This document shows, piece by piece, positions 40,993-50,033 of a DNA stretch of 64,000 nt. Under the pieces are notes generated by a model. The model worked only from the letters and a program-made list of their open reading frames with translations. It had not been told where the DNA came from and searched no databases. The number at the start of each line of letters is the position of its first letter. The stretch's first letter is position 1. The stretch is from contig CBDBZU010000004.1 in assembly GCA_965213625.1 (NCBI GenBank), positions 3,616,001 to 3,680,000 on the forward strand, read 5' to 3'. The position numbers and the translations under genes were made by a program. This stretch comes from a bacterium. GTDB lineage: Bacteria; UBA8248.

Positions 40993-41790
40993 ATCGGGAG
41001 TCGGGTTCGTCTTCCTGGCCCTGCGCCTCGCCCGGAACTCCTGCAGCAGCCTTTCGTGATGTACGCTCGTGAAGAAACTCTTAACGAACGAATCCGCCGG
41101 ATGGTTGATGAGGTTCTCCGGCGTATCGACCTGGACGATAACGCCGTCGCGCATCACGGCGATTCTGTCGGCAATCTGAAACGCATCCGTCAAATCGTGC
41201 GTCACCAGCAGGCTGATCGCCCCGATCTCGTCGTGCACTCTCCTCAATTCTTTTCGGACCTCCAGCCTGGCGACCGGATCGATGTTCGCCAGTGGCTCAT
41301 CGAGAAGAAAAACCTGCGGGGGGATGGCGATGGCGCGGCCGATGGCAACTTTCTGCTGCTGGCCCGCGCTCAAGCTGTCCGGACTGCGGCGGGACCATTT
41401 TGGGTTGATCCCCAAACGCCGCATCACGTCCTGGGCGCGCTCGTTCAGGATGCCCGGCAGCCAGCGGCGGATTTTAAGCGCGAAGCTTAGGTTCGAGTAT
41501 TTTTTCTCATCGAAAACCTTCATGTGCGGCCAAAGGGCATAACTCTGGAAAACGAGCTGCACCCCGCGCCTACCGGGCGGGATGCCGTTCAGCCGCACGC
41601 CGTCCAAATAGATGTGACCCGCATCCTCATCTTCCACGCCGGCGATCAGGCGCAAGAGCGTCGATTTGCCGCAACCCGTGGGACCGACGAGCACCATGAA
41701 TTCCCTGTCATCCAGCGCAAGGGACAGGTTGTCGACCGCGCACACGTCGTCGAAATCTTTCTTGAGTCCCGTAATCGTCAGACGGCTCAT
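40984..41790 (-). CDS. ABC transporter ATP-binding protein (MalK-like)
   Basis: GPTGCGKST, FQSYALWPH, LSAGQQQ, LLDEP, VTHD. Confidence 0.9.
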   Translation of the reverse strand: MSRLTITGLKKDFDDVCAVDNLSLALDDREFMVLVGPTGCGKSTLLRLIAGVEDEDAGHIYLDGVRLNGIPPGRRGVQLVFQSYALWPHMKVFDEKKYSNLSFALKIRRWLPGILNERAQDVMRRLGINPKWSRRSPDSLSAGQQQKVAIGRAIAIPPQVFLLDEPLANIDPVARLEVRKELRRVHDEIGAISLLVTHDLTDAFQIADRIAVMRDGVIVQVDTPENLINHPADSFVKSFFTSVHHERLLQEFRARRRARKTNPTPDSP

Positions 41791-41807
41791 GCCTCTCTCC
41801 GGCCCAT

Positions 41808-42164
41808 TCAATTTTCAAGCGCGAGTTTGTTCAGCGCCTCCATGCCCGGCGTGAAGATTTCCTCCAGCACGAGCGGCCCATCGCCCGCGTTTCGCGTGGA
41901 GTGCTCCTGGTTCGGCGGAAAAATCACGACGCCGCCGGGACCGAGCTCCACTTCCTTCCCGCCGCACGCGAACCTCGCCCGTCCTTCGAGCACGATCGTC
42001 ATCTGCTCGTTCGGGTGCGAATGGGGGTTGTACATGTCCACACCTGCGCGAATCGTCTGGCGAAGTACTGTCAGGCTCTCGCCCGCCACTACGCGTTGAA
42101 TCCTCTCGCCGGTATCGTGCGCTGCCATCTCCTCGAAATGATAGTGTTTCACGCTTTTCTCCAC
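41808..42164 (-). CDS. Cupin domain protein
   Basis: PHSHPNEQ, PPNQEH, EIFTP. Confidence 0.85.
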   Translation of the reverse strand: MEKSVKHYHFEEMAAHDTGERIQRVVAGESLTVLRQTIRAGVDMYNPHSHPNEQMTIVLEGRARFACGGKEVELGPGGVVIFPPNQEHSTRNAGDGPLVLEEIFTPGMEALNKLALEN

Positions 42165-42298
42165 CTGAATGGATGAAACTTTACGAAAAATTTAAGCTCC
42201 GCTGCGGGAACCGCCTGATTCATCGTATATAAGTATTTGCATCGGCTCAAACCTTCTCCTAAAGTGTTCACAGGCCGTATTTATCTTAGGAGACCACC

Positions 42299-42823
42299 AT
42301 GAAGCGAACCCTCATATGCATCATCGCCATCGCATTGATCGCCGCGTTCTGGACCTTTCACCAGGCGGGCGCATCGGGACTCGGACCCGGCGCGCAAGCG
42401 CCTGAGCTCAAGGGCGGGCCCTGGATTGGCGGCGAGCCCGTCAAGCTCGAAGAATTGCGCGGCAAGGTCGTTCTCCTCGACATGTGGACGTTCGCCTGAA
42501 TCAATTGCGTGCGGGAGATCCCCACGCTGCGTTCGTGGCACGAGCGCTATGAAGACAAGGGGCTGGTCATCATCGGGAACCATGCGCCCGAGTTCAACTT
42601 CGACAGGAAAAAAGAAAACATCGAAGAGGCAATGGCCAAGCTCGGCATCAAGTACCGCGTCGTGATGGACAATGACTTCAAGAACTGGGACGCCTTTCAG
42701 AATCGCTTCTGGCCGACGAAATACCTGATCGACAAAAAGGGTATCGTGCGTTTCAAGACGATCGGTGAGGGCAACCACGAGCGCACCGAGGCGATGATCA
42801 TGAAGCTGCTCGCCGAAAAATAA
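42299..42823 (+). CDS. Exported TlpA/DipZ-like thioredoxin, probable selenoprotein (UxxC, UGA at 42497-42499)
   Basis: Signal peptide, LRGKVVLLDMWTFA-UGA-INC continuing in frame to H.PEF, WP.KYLIDK.G, GEG; joins ORFs 42299..42499 and 42509..42823. Confidence 0.92.
42507..42527 (+). promoter_or_regulatory. Candidate bacterial SECIS hairpin
   Basis: GCGUG-C-GGG-AGAU-CCC-CACGC; the loop begins 16 nt after the UGA. Confidence 0.6.
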
Positions 42824-43812
42824 TGAAAACCGAGGAAACGACGCAAAATCCCCCAGCCGCTCCTGCATATCCCTATTCATCGCTCTTAAGGATTACTCAC
42901 TGGCTGAACGTACCGCTTCTGCTCCTGATGATGGCGAGCGGGTTTCAGATATGGTGGGCGTATCCCGCCTTCGGCCCGGACAGGCCCAACCCAGAGGCCA
43001 TCTACGAGGCGCTCCGGGGGACGGAAACCCAGGTAGACCCGCGCGCCATCAATATAGGGGGCGACTACAGGGTTTTCGTACAAGGCCTCACGAAGACATT
43101 CGGCATCGGCGGGTGGCTCGCGGGCGCGCTGCGCTGGCACTTCGCCCTCATGTGGCCCTATACCATCAACGGGCTGATCTTCCTGTTCCTGCTCCTCCTG
43201 ACGGAAGAAGGGAGGCACTACCGCATCAAGCGGGCGGATTTTTCGGGCGCCAAGGAGATGCTTCTCCATCCAATCAAGACCTTTCACCACCCCCCGGGAG
43301 AGGGGAAATTCAACCCGATTCAAAAACTCGCCTACAACGTCGTCATACTGGCCGGGGTGATGTCCGTTCTGACTGGCCTCGCCATTCTGAAACCCGTCCA
43401 GCTCAAGTGGCTGACCTGGCTTTTCGGGGGCTATCAGCCGAGCCGGTTCCTGCATTTTCTGGTGATGCTGTTTCTCGTCGTTTTCATTGTCGGCCATTTC
43501 CTGATGGTGATTTCCCACGGATGGCGGCGCGGGCTCGCGCCCATGATCGTCGGGATCAAGGCGGAGCGCGAAGCCTTTCTTGCCAGGCAAAAGCAATTCG
43601 CCAGGAGGCTTGGGCGCGTCGCCGAGGAGGCGGCGATCCTGATAATTTCCTTCTGGATTGGAGGCCTCGTTGCGGATATGATGAACGCGGCTTTGGGCGG
43701 TGAGGCTCAGGGCCTTTGGTTCGGCGCGCCGGGCTATCTCCTGGTACGGTTTGGCCTCATGCGCGGACGGCGCGTCGGTGATTTCTGGCGCAAGGCGAGG
43801 ATGGGAAGCTGA
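42823..43812 (+). CDS. Cytochrome b/b6-domain membrane protein
   Basis: RITHWLN, WHF, KFNPIQKLAY, LTGLAI.KPVQ, R.LHF, GH heme ligands; TAATG overlap with the upstream gene. Confidence 0.88.
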   Translation: MKTEETTQNPPAAPAYPYSSLLRITHWLNVPLLLLMMASGFQIWWAYPAFGPDRPNPEAIYEALRGTETQVDPRAINIGGDYRVFVQGLTKTFGIGGWLAGALRWHFALMWPYTINGLIFLFLLLLTEEGRHYRIKRADFSGAKEMLLHPIKTFHHPPGEGKFNPIQKLAYNVVILAGVMSVLTGLAILKPVQLKWLTWLFGGYQPSRFLHFLVMLFLVVFIVGHFLMVISHGWRRGLAPMIVGIKAEREAFLARQKQFARRLGRVAEEAAILIISFWIGGLVADMMNAALGGEAQGLWFGAPGYLLVRFGLMRGRRVGDFWRKARMGS

Positions 43813-44096
43813 TGAACACGGAAGAACAAACGGAATTCGTATTACCGACCCAAATGGCGAAGCGCAGACTGTTCGCGGGCAGGCTGGTTTTGAGCGTCGT
43901 ATGCATCAACGCCGTTCTGGCCCTGATCGCCGCATATATCCTGAGCGGGCCGATGGCCTGGATAACGAGTTTTGGGTTCGGCTTTCTGACGTGGGCCTGC
44001 ATTCTGTACCCAACCTCTCTCATCCTGGCCGTCCCGATCATCGCCCCCGTCGTCATAAAGGTGCTGAAGCCGCCGCCTGAGACGCCCGGAGAGTGA
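43812..44096 (+). CDS. Small membrane protein
   Basis: Hydrophobic helices; overlaps both neighbours (TGATG, GTGA). Confidence 0.7.
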   Translation: MNTEEQTEFVLPTQMAKRRLFAGRLVLSVVCINAVLALIAAYILSGPMAWITSFGFGFLTWACILYPTSLILAVPIIAPVVIKVLKPPPETPGE

Positions 44097-44911
44097 AGAT
44101 GAGAAAAGGCGAAAAGCGAAGCCCGGGTTCCGGCGAGGGCAAGTCGACGTCTTCGCGGCGCGGATTCATGAAAATGCTCCTTGCACTCGCCTCCGCCTTC
44201 ATGGCCGGGTGCTCGCGCCTCAATGAGGAGCCCGGTGTGCAGGCCGTGCTGAGCTGGTTCGACCGTCTGAACCACAAGGTGGGCCTCATGACGGACAGCA
44301 ACTACCGTCTGGCGCGCACCTATCCCCGGAATGCCGTTCAGCCCGAACAGATGCGGCCCAACGGCTCGGTGGTCACCCCGAACTCCCAAATCATCGAGAC
44401 CCCTCCCGAGGAATGGCGGCTCGTCGTGGGGGAGGCCCATCTCAGAGAGGGCCAGATGATGAAGCGTCACTGGGTCCGGGAATACACGCTGGCGCAGCTA
44501 CGCCAAATGCCCGTGCTGGAACAGACGGTGGAGCACATCTGCGTGGAGGGCTGGAGCGCGATATGCCACTGGCGGGGAGTGCACCTCGCGCGCTTCATCG
44601 AAATGCACAAGCTCAAGCCCGAGAGCCGCTACGTGTTCTTCCTGTGCGACGATTTGCTCGCCACTGCGAACGGGCACGAGCGCTACAGCGTGACGTTCGA
44701 TCTCAAGCAAGCGATGCACCCGCAGAACGTCCTCGCGTATGAGTACAACGGCGAAACGCTGCCCCTGAACCACGGCGCTCCACTTCGCCTCGCCTCGCCC
44801 ACGAACGTGGGCTGGAAGAGCGCGAAATTCCTCCGTTACGTCTTCTTCACGAACGAGGACCTGGGCGGGTTCTGGGAGAAGCAGGGTTATCCGCGCTATT
44901 ACGGCTTCTGA
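44093..44911 (+). CDS. Molybdopterin-dependent oxidoreductase, sulfite oxidase family (MsrP/YedY-like), Tat lipoprotein
   Basis: SRRGFMK Tat motif, MAGC lipobox, HICVEGWS Mo-ligand Cys, W.GV, HGAPLRL, G.KSAK, GGFWE..GY. Confidence 0.9.
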   Translation: MKMRKGEKRSPGSGEGKSTSSRRGFMKMLLALASAFMAGCSRLNEEPGVQAVLSWFDRLNHKVGLMTDSNYRLARTYPRNAVQPEQMRPNGSVVTPNSQIIETPPEEWRLVVGEAHLREGQMMKRHWVREYTLAQLRQMPVLEQTVEHICVEGWSAICHWRGVHLARFIEMHKLKPESRYVFFLCDDLLATANGHERYSVTFDLKQAMHPQNVLAYEYNGETLPLNHGAPLRLASPTNVGWKSAKFLRYVFFTNEDLGGFWEKQGYPRYYGF

Positions 44912-44944
44912 TGAACCCGGGAACCTTGGCGAACGTTGTTTCCA

Positions 44945-45249
44945 GCAGTTGTTGAAAAAGTCCTGATAAATGAAGGTTCGACACGATAGGATTGCAGGGG
45001 CAGTTCGTTCGAGCTTCTCTTTCCCAGGAAGCTCGACACTCCTGCGGGCGAATGTGGTTTTGCTCGTCATTCCGGCGAAAGCCGGAATCCATTTGTTTTG
45101 CCTTTGTTTTTAGCTTCTGATTGATCCCCGTCAACGACGAGGAAATGAAAAGCCAGTATATCGTCATTCTGCATTAGAATGGATTCCGGCTTTCGCCGGA
45201 AAGACGGCGGTGGTCAATTCCGAGCGAGGAGGTTTTTTTCAACAACCCC
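44945..45249. mobile_element. MITE-like non-autonomous element with IS1182-type ends
   Basis: GCAGTTGTTGAAAAA ... TTTTTCAACAACCCC; flanks TTCCA/CTCCA; contains an inverted pair of CGTCATTCCGGCGAAAGCCGGAATCCA-type palindromes (45064-45091, 45180-45206). Confidence 0.65.
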
Positions 45250-45282
45250 CTCCATCTACGACTGATACCCGATTTTAACCCC

Positions 45283-45325
45283 TTGACAGCAACCGAACGT
45301 TAGATAGAATGTTTTTGTTAACAAA
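45283..45325 (+). promoter_or_regulatory. Sigma70-like promoter with a downstream palindromic operator candidate
   Basis: TTGACA-N16-TAGAAT followed by TTTGTTAACAAA (45314-45325), upstream of the TRAP operon. Confidence 0.55.
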
Positions 45326-45419
45326 CACATGGCATGGGAGGTAATCGGGGGCGGCGTCTCAATGGTTGAGATAGGTCGTCCCTATTTTTATGCGTTAACT
45401 CGAAGGGAGGGAACGGCAG

Positions 45420-46481
45420 ATGGCGATCAGGAAACTAACGACGATCGGATTTATGATCTGTGCGCTAAGCGTCGCGCTGGTGGCGTCGAGCGTCGGCGAG
45501 GTGGATGCCGCGAAGCGCATACGCTGGAAAATGGCGAGTTGGTTCCCGAGCAAATTGACCCAGCTCGGCTCGATGGGCAAAGCCATGGTCGACCGTCTGG
45601 AGCGGGTTTCCGGCGGCAACATCAAGATCAGGTTCTTCGAGCCCAACGCGCTTATCCCGGCCAAGGAGTGCTTCGACGCCGTGGCCAAGGGCTCGGTGGA
45701 TGCGTGCTGGTCGACGCCCGGCTACTGGTACGGCAAGGAGCCGGCTCTCGCGATGTTCGCAGCCGTTCCCTTCGGCCCCAGAGCCGGCGAATATATGGGC
45801 TGGATTTTCTACGGCGGCGGCTACAAGCTCTGGGACGAAATTTACAAGAAGCACGGCCTGAAATCGTTGCCCTGCGGCGTCATCGCGCCCGAAGCTTCGG
45901 GCTGGTTCCGCAAGGAGATCAAGAGCATCGATGACTTGAAGGGTCTCAAGATGCGCTTCTTCGGGCTGGGCGCGAAGGTCATGCAAAAAATCGGCGTTTC
46001 CACCCAGCTCATCGCGGGCGGCGACATCTTCCCGGCGCTCGAGCGCGGCTCCATCGACGCGACGGAATACTCGATGCCCGCGATCGACCTCAACCTCGGC
46101 TTCTACCAGGTGGCGAAGCATTACTACTTCCCCGGCTGGCACCAGCAGTCGACGGTGTTTGAATTGCTGCTGAACAGGAAGGCCTGGGATGCGCTCAACG
46201 ACACCCAGCGGGCGCAGATTGAGGTATCGTGCGGCGACGCGTTCCGCCAGGGGCTCGCCGAGGGCGAGGCAATCCAGGGCAAGGCTCTGGTCGAACTCAA
46301 GAAGAAGGGCGTGCAGATCCACCGCTGGCCCCAGTCGATCCTGGACACGCTCGAGAAGAAATGGGCCGAAGTCGCAGCAGCGGACGCCGCGCGCGACGCG
46401 ACCTTCAAGAAGGTCTGGGAATCCTACAGCGCGTTCCGCAAGGAATACGCGGTATGGAAGGACCTCGGATACTTAAGGTAA
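45420..46481 (+). CDS. dctP: TRAP transporter substrate-binding protein (TakP/DctP-like)
   Basis: Signal peptide, WKMAS, VPFG, GWFRKEI...DLKGLKMR, LERG.IDATE, YYFPGWH. Confidence 0.93.
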   Translation: MAIRKLTTIGFMICALSVALVASSVGEVDAAKRIRWKMASWFPSKLTQLGSMGKAMVDRLERVSGGNIKIRFFEPNALIPAKECFDAVAKGSVDACWSTPGYWYGKEPALAMFAAVPFGPRAGEYMGWIFYGGGYKLWDEIYKKHGLKSLPCGVIAPEASGWFRKEIKSIDDLKGLKMRFFGLGAKVMQKIGVSTQLIAGGDIFPALERGSIDATEYSMPAIDLNLGFYQVAKHYYFPGWHQQSTVFELLLNRKAWDALNDTQRAQIEVSCGDAFRQGLAEGEAIQGKALVELKKKGVQIHRWPQSILDTLEKKWAEVAAADAARDATFKKVWESYSAFRKEYAVWKDLGYLR

Positions 46482-46526
46482 TACCCGTGTGACGGCGCGC
46501 TGCGCCGTCTCGCTTGCAAAACTTAC

Positions 46527-46567
46527 AGGCGCCGGAACCGTAACGGTCACGGTTCCGGCGCCTTTTT
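46527..46567 (+). terminator. Hairpin terminator/attenuator between dctP and dctQ
   Basis: AGGCGCCGGAACCGT-N7-ACGGTTCCGGCGCCT followed by a T tract. Confidence 0.7.
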
Positions 46568-46595
46568 CGCGTACGTTGCGCCGGGAAGCCTATTG

Positions 46596-47174
46596 ATGCG
46601 GCAACTGTTTCGAATACAAGAGTTTCTCGCCCGGATCGTGGTCAGCGTCGGGAAGCTCAGCGCCTGGCTCTCGATTCCGCTGATGTTCGTCATCATCTTC
46701 GACGTCGTGACCCGGCGCTTCCTGGTGCTGGGATCGACCAAGCTGCAGGAAGCCGAGTGGCACCTGCACGCGGTCCTGTTTTTACTGTGCATCGGCTTCT
46801 GCTATATCGAGGACGCCCACGTTCGGATCGACCTGCTTCGAGAGCGGCTGAGTTTGCGCGCCAGGGATTGGGTCGAGTTCATCGGCTGCATCATTTTCGT
46901 GATCCCCTACTGTCTCATCGTCACCTATTTCGCCGAGGACTTCGTCGAGAGGTCCTGGGCGGTCGGCGAGGCCTCGGACTCCGCGACCGGCCTCCCCTAT
47001 CGTTGGGCGATCAAGGCGGGCCTGCCGATCGGGCTGTTCGTCCTGCTCCTCTCGGGGATCACCATTCTGCTGCGCAAGATCATCGAGTTGTTCGGCCCGG
47101 CGGACCTCAGAGAACTCATCCCCCGGAAGGAAGAACGCCCGACCGAACAGATCGACCAGATCGGGCCGAACTAG
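46596..47174 (+). CDS. dctQ: TRAP transporter small permease
   Basis: LQEAEWH, HVRID, four TM segments. Confidence 0.92.
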   Translation: MRQLFRIQEFLARIVVSVGKLSAWLSIPLMFVIIFDVVTRRFLVLGSTKLQEAEWHLHAVLFLLCIGFCYIEDAHVRIDLLRERLSLRARDWVEFIGCIIFVIPYCLIVTYFAEDFVERSWAVGEASDSATGLPYRWAIKAGLPIGLFVLLLSGITILLRKIIELFGPADLRELIPRKEERPTEQIDQIGPN

Positions 47175-47186
47175 GGACGCCTGCGC

Positions 47187-48551
47187 ATGTTTTATATCGA
47201 AGATTACCTGCCGGCCTGCATGTTCATCACCCTGGCGATTCTGCTGTTCTCGGGCTTCCCGGTCGGATTCGTTCTCGGCGGCGTGGGACTCGCCTTCGGC
47301 TTCATCGGCATGTATTTCGAGGTTTTCTCCCAGGTCGAGTTCTTCAACCTCGTGCTCCGCATCTGGGGATTCGCAGACAACCTGGTGCTGGTGGCGATTC
47401 CGATGTTCATCTTCATGGGGACGATGCTGGAACGCTCCGGCGTCGCCGCCAATCTCCTGTACTGCCTCCAGGTGGTGCTGCGGCGCACGCCGGGCGGGCT
47501 GGCGCTCGCCGTCACGGTCATGGGCACGATCCTCGCGGCGACGACCGGCATCATCGGCGCGTCGGTGGTGATGATCAGTCTGATGGCGCTGCCGGTCATG
47601 GTCGAGCGCGAGTACAACCTGGAGCTCGCGACAGGCACCATCGCCGCCTCGGGCACGCTCGGGATACTGATACCGCCCAGCATCATGCTGGTCATCATGG
47701 CCGATCTCCTCGGGCGTTCGGTGGGAACCCTGTTCGTCGCGGCCATCTTCCCCGGCCTGATACTGTCGGGGCTTTACTTCATCTATATCTTCACCAGATG
47801 CGCTCTAAACCCCGCCCTGGCGCCGCGCCTGCCCAAGGAGATGGGTCCGCAGACGTCGGGCGAACTGCTCCTCCTATTGCTCAAGGGCCTGGTGCCGGCG
47901 GTTTTCCTGATCGTCCTGGTGCTGGGGTCGATAGTCGCCGGTTGGGCGACGCCCACCGAGGCGGCCGGGGTCGGCGCGGCCGGCGCGACGCTGCTCGCCA
48001 TCGTCAACCGGCAGCTGACCTGGTCGGTCCTGAAAGACGTGGTCGAGCGCACCTCACTCACCAACGCGATGCTGTTCTTTATCTTCGTCGGGGCGACCGC
48101 CTTCTCCTACGTCTTCCGCTCGCTAGGGGGCGACGACTTCATCCAGGACGTGATCTATTCCGTGGGAACGAACCCATGGTGGATCCTGATGATCCTGATG
48201 GCGGTGACTTTTATCCTCGGGTTCTTCTTCGACTGGATCGAGATCACGCTCATCGTGCTACCTGTGTTCGCGCCGATCCTCGCCGAACTGGATTTCGGCG
48301 ACCACCTGCCCAAGAGCGAGGTCATCTACTGGTTCTCGATTCTGATGGCGGTCAACCTGCAGACGTCGTTCCTCACGCCGCCGTTCGGCTTCGCGTTGTT
48401 CTACATGAAGGGAGTCGCCCCGCCCCAGGTGCGTCTACAGCAGATTTATCGCGGGATTATCCCCTTCGTACTCCTGCAGCTCATCGGGCTGGGGCTGGTC
48501 ATCGTCTTCCCCGAAATCGCCATGTGGCTGCCGAGGGTGCTGCTCGACTAG
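47187..48551 (+). CDS. dctM: TRAP transporter large permease
   Basis: AIPMFIFMG, ATTGIIGAS, GTLGILIPPS, TPTEAA, SFLTPPFG. Confidence 0.95.
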   Translation: MFYIEDYLPACMFITLAILLFSGFPVGFVLGGVGLAFGFIGMYFEVFSQVEFFNLVLRIWGFADNLVLVAIPMFIFMGTMLERSGVAANLLYCLQVVLRRTPGGLALAVTVMGTILAATTGIIGASVVMISLMALPVMVEREYNLELATGTIAASGTLGILIPPSIMLVIMADLLGRSVGTLFVAAIFPGLILSGLYFIYIFTRCALNPALAPRLPKEMGPQTSGELLLLLLKGLVPAVFLIVLVLGSIVAGWATPTEAAGVGAAGATLLAIVNRQLTWSVLKDVVERTSLTNAMLFFIFVGATAFSYVFRSLGGDDFIQDVIYSVGTNPWWILMILMAVTFILGFFFDWIEITLIVLPVFAPILAELDFGDHLPKSEVIYWFSILMAVNLQTSFLTPPFGFALFYMKGVAPPQVRLQQIYRGIIPFVLLQLIGLGLVIVFPEIAMWLPRVLLD

Positions 48552-48910
48552 CGCATTTCGGCCTCCTCTGCTCCACACCCTGAACACCTCGCAAATCTAA
48601 CGATTCACTGGAGATCATGGCGTCTCGCCGCATAATCCGCGATGGATCATTTTTCTTCACTTGGCCGGGCAACCCGTATAGACTTGTCCCTGACTCCCTA
48701 TCCGCACGGGATATCGGAGTCTAGCCGCTAGTGACAGGGAAGTTTTCCCATGCTCGATGACCCTGCAAGCGCTCCTGATACCGAAACGCAGCGTCTCCCT
48801 CGCTTATCGCTCCGACTCATCAAATTCTCCGGCGCAATTCGTCCGATATCGGCCTTTTCACTCCGGTTGAACAGCGCCGCGTCCAGCCGCCGTTTCGAAT
48901 CGAGAAAAAG

Positions 48911-49867
48911 ATGGAGGGACCGACAATGGCAGGCAGACGTAAAATAATCCTGTTGACCGGCGCGACTGGATACATCGGGGGAAGGCTGCGCCGCCGTCTC
49001 GAAGCCGACTCGCACCAGGTCCGGTGCCTGGCGCGCCGCCCCGAAATCCTTGAAGCGCAGGTCGCGCCGAGTACCGAGGTAGTGCGCGGCGACCTCTTAA
49101 GGCCGGAAACGCTCCCGGCAGCCATGCGCGGCGTATCCACGGCCTACTACCTCGTGCACTCGATGGCGTCCGGTGGAGACTTCGCCGCAGAAGACCGCGA
49201 GGCCGCAATAGGGTTCGCATCCGCAGCCCGGGCGGCAGGGATTGAGCGCATCGTCTATCTGGGCGGGCTGGGAAACGAGGATGAACTGTCCGACCACCTC
49301 GCGAGCAGGCAGGAGGTGGGCCGCATTCTCCGGGACTCCGGGGTCCAGACGATTGAGCTGAGGGCCTCGATCATAATCGGTTCGGGAAGTCTCTCGTTCG
49401 AGATGATCCGCGCGCTGGTGGAGCGGCTGCCCGTCATGGTGACGCCCCGGTGGGTCCGCACGCTCGCCCAGCCCATCAGTATAGATGACGTCATCGAATA
49501 CCTTATCGCCGCTCTCGACGCACCCGCGGGCCACAGCCTCGTCCTGGAAATCGGGGGAGCCGAACGCGCCTCCTACGGGGACATCATGGCGGAATACGCC
49601 CGCCAGCGGGGGCTCCATAGAGTGATGATCGCCGTGCCCGTGCTCACCCCCCGCCTCTCCAGCCTGTGGCTCGCGCTGGTCACGCCCGCCTACGCCAGAG
49701 TCGGCCGCAAACTCGTCGATAGCCTCCGCAACGAGACGACCGTGAGCGACCAAGCGGCCTTGGGCATGTTCGGCATCCGCCCTCACGGTCTGGCCGAAGC
49801 GATCGGACAAGCGCTGGCCGGCGAAGAACGCGAGTTTGCGCAAACGCGCTGGCCCAAGGCGTCTTGA
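48911..49867 (+). CDS. NAD(P)-binding atypical SDR (YbjT-like)
   Basis: TGATGYIGG, AYYLVHSM, IVYLGGLG, IIGSGS.SFE, LTP.LSS.W. Confidence 0.9.
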   Translation: MEGPTMAGRRKIILLTGATGYIGGRLRRRLEADSHQVRCLARRPEILEAQVAPSTEVVRGDLLRPETLPAAMRGVSTAYYLVHSMASGGDFAAEDREAAIGFASAARAAGIERIVYLGGLGNEDELSDHLASRQEVGRILRDSGVQTIELRASIIIGSGSLSFEMIRALVERLPVMVTPRWVRTLAQPISIDDVIEYLIAALDAPAGHSLVLEIGGAERASYGDIMAEYARQRGLHRVMIAVPVLTPRLSSLWLALVTPAYARVGRKLVDSLRNETTVSDQAALGMFGIRPHGLAEAIGQALAGEEREFAQTRWPKAS

Positions 49868-49893
49868 CAAGCCCGCTCCCGCTTCCCTATAAA
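49864..49893 (+). promoter_or_regulatory. Possible sigma70 promoter for tRNA-Asn
   Basis: TTGACA-N18-TATAAA about 65 nt upstream of the tRNA. Confidence 0.4.
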
Positions 49894-49958
49894 CCCCTTA
49901 CGCTTGGGAGCCGGCGCCGATTCCGGTAGAATGCCGACTCAAGCAAAACGCCTCTCAC

Positions 49959-50033
49959 TCCGGCGTAGCTCAACGGCAGAGCAATCGGCTGTTAACCGAT
50001 GGGTTGTAGGTTCGAATCCTACCGCCGGAGCCA
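49959..50033 (+). tRNA. tRNA-Asn (GTT)
   Basis: Acceptor TCCGGCG/CGCCGGA, anticodon arm ATCGG-CTGTTAA-CCGAT, TTCGAAT T-loop, encoded CCA. Confidence 0.97.

Noticed and set aside
40984-41790. Orphan ABC ATPase as a novel system
   Set aside because: Stand-alone MalK-like ATPases serving distant permeases are common.
10664-42823. Genome-wide UGA reassignment (genetic code 4 or 25)
   Set aside because: Many genes end normally at TGA, including TGATG and GTGA overlaps; the internal TGAs I found fall only at catalytic-Cys positions.
42299-42823. Two separate small genes or a pseudogene, as in the ORF track
   Set aside because: The ORFs are in frame and join into one thioredoxin with UxxC and a downstream hairpin.
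46757-48583. 608-aa alternative-frame ORF (also 31656..32945, 54607..56190, 20184..20852, 62784..63917)
   Set aside because: These overlap well-supported genes in another frame or strand and look like GC-rich shadow ORFs.
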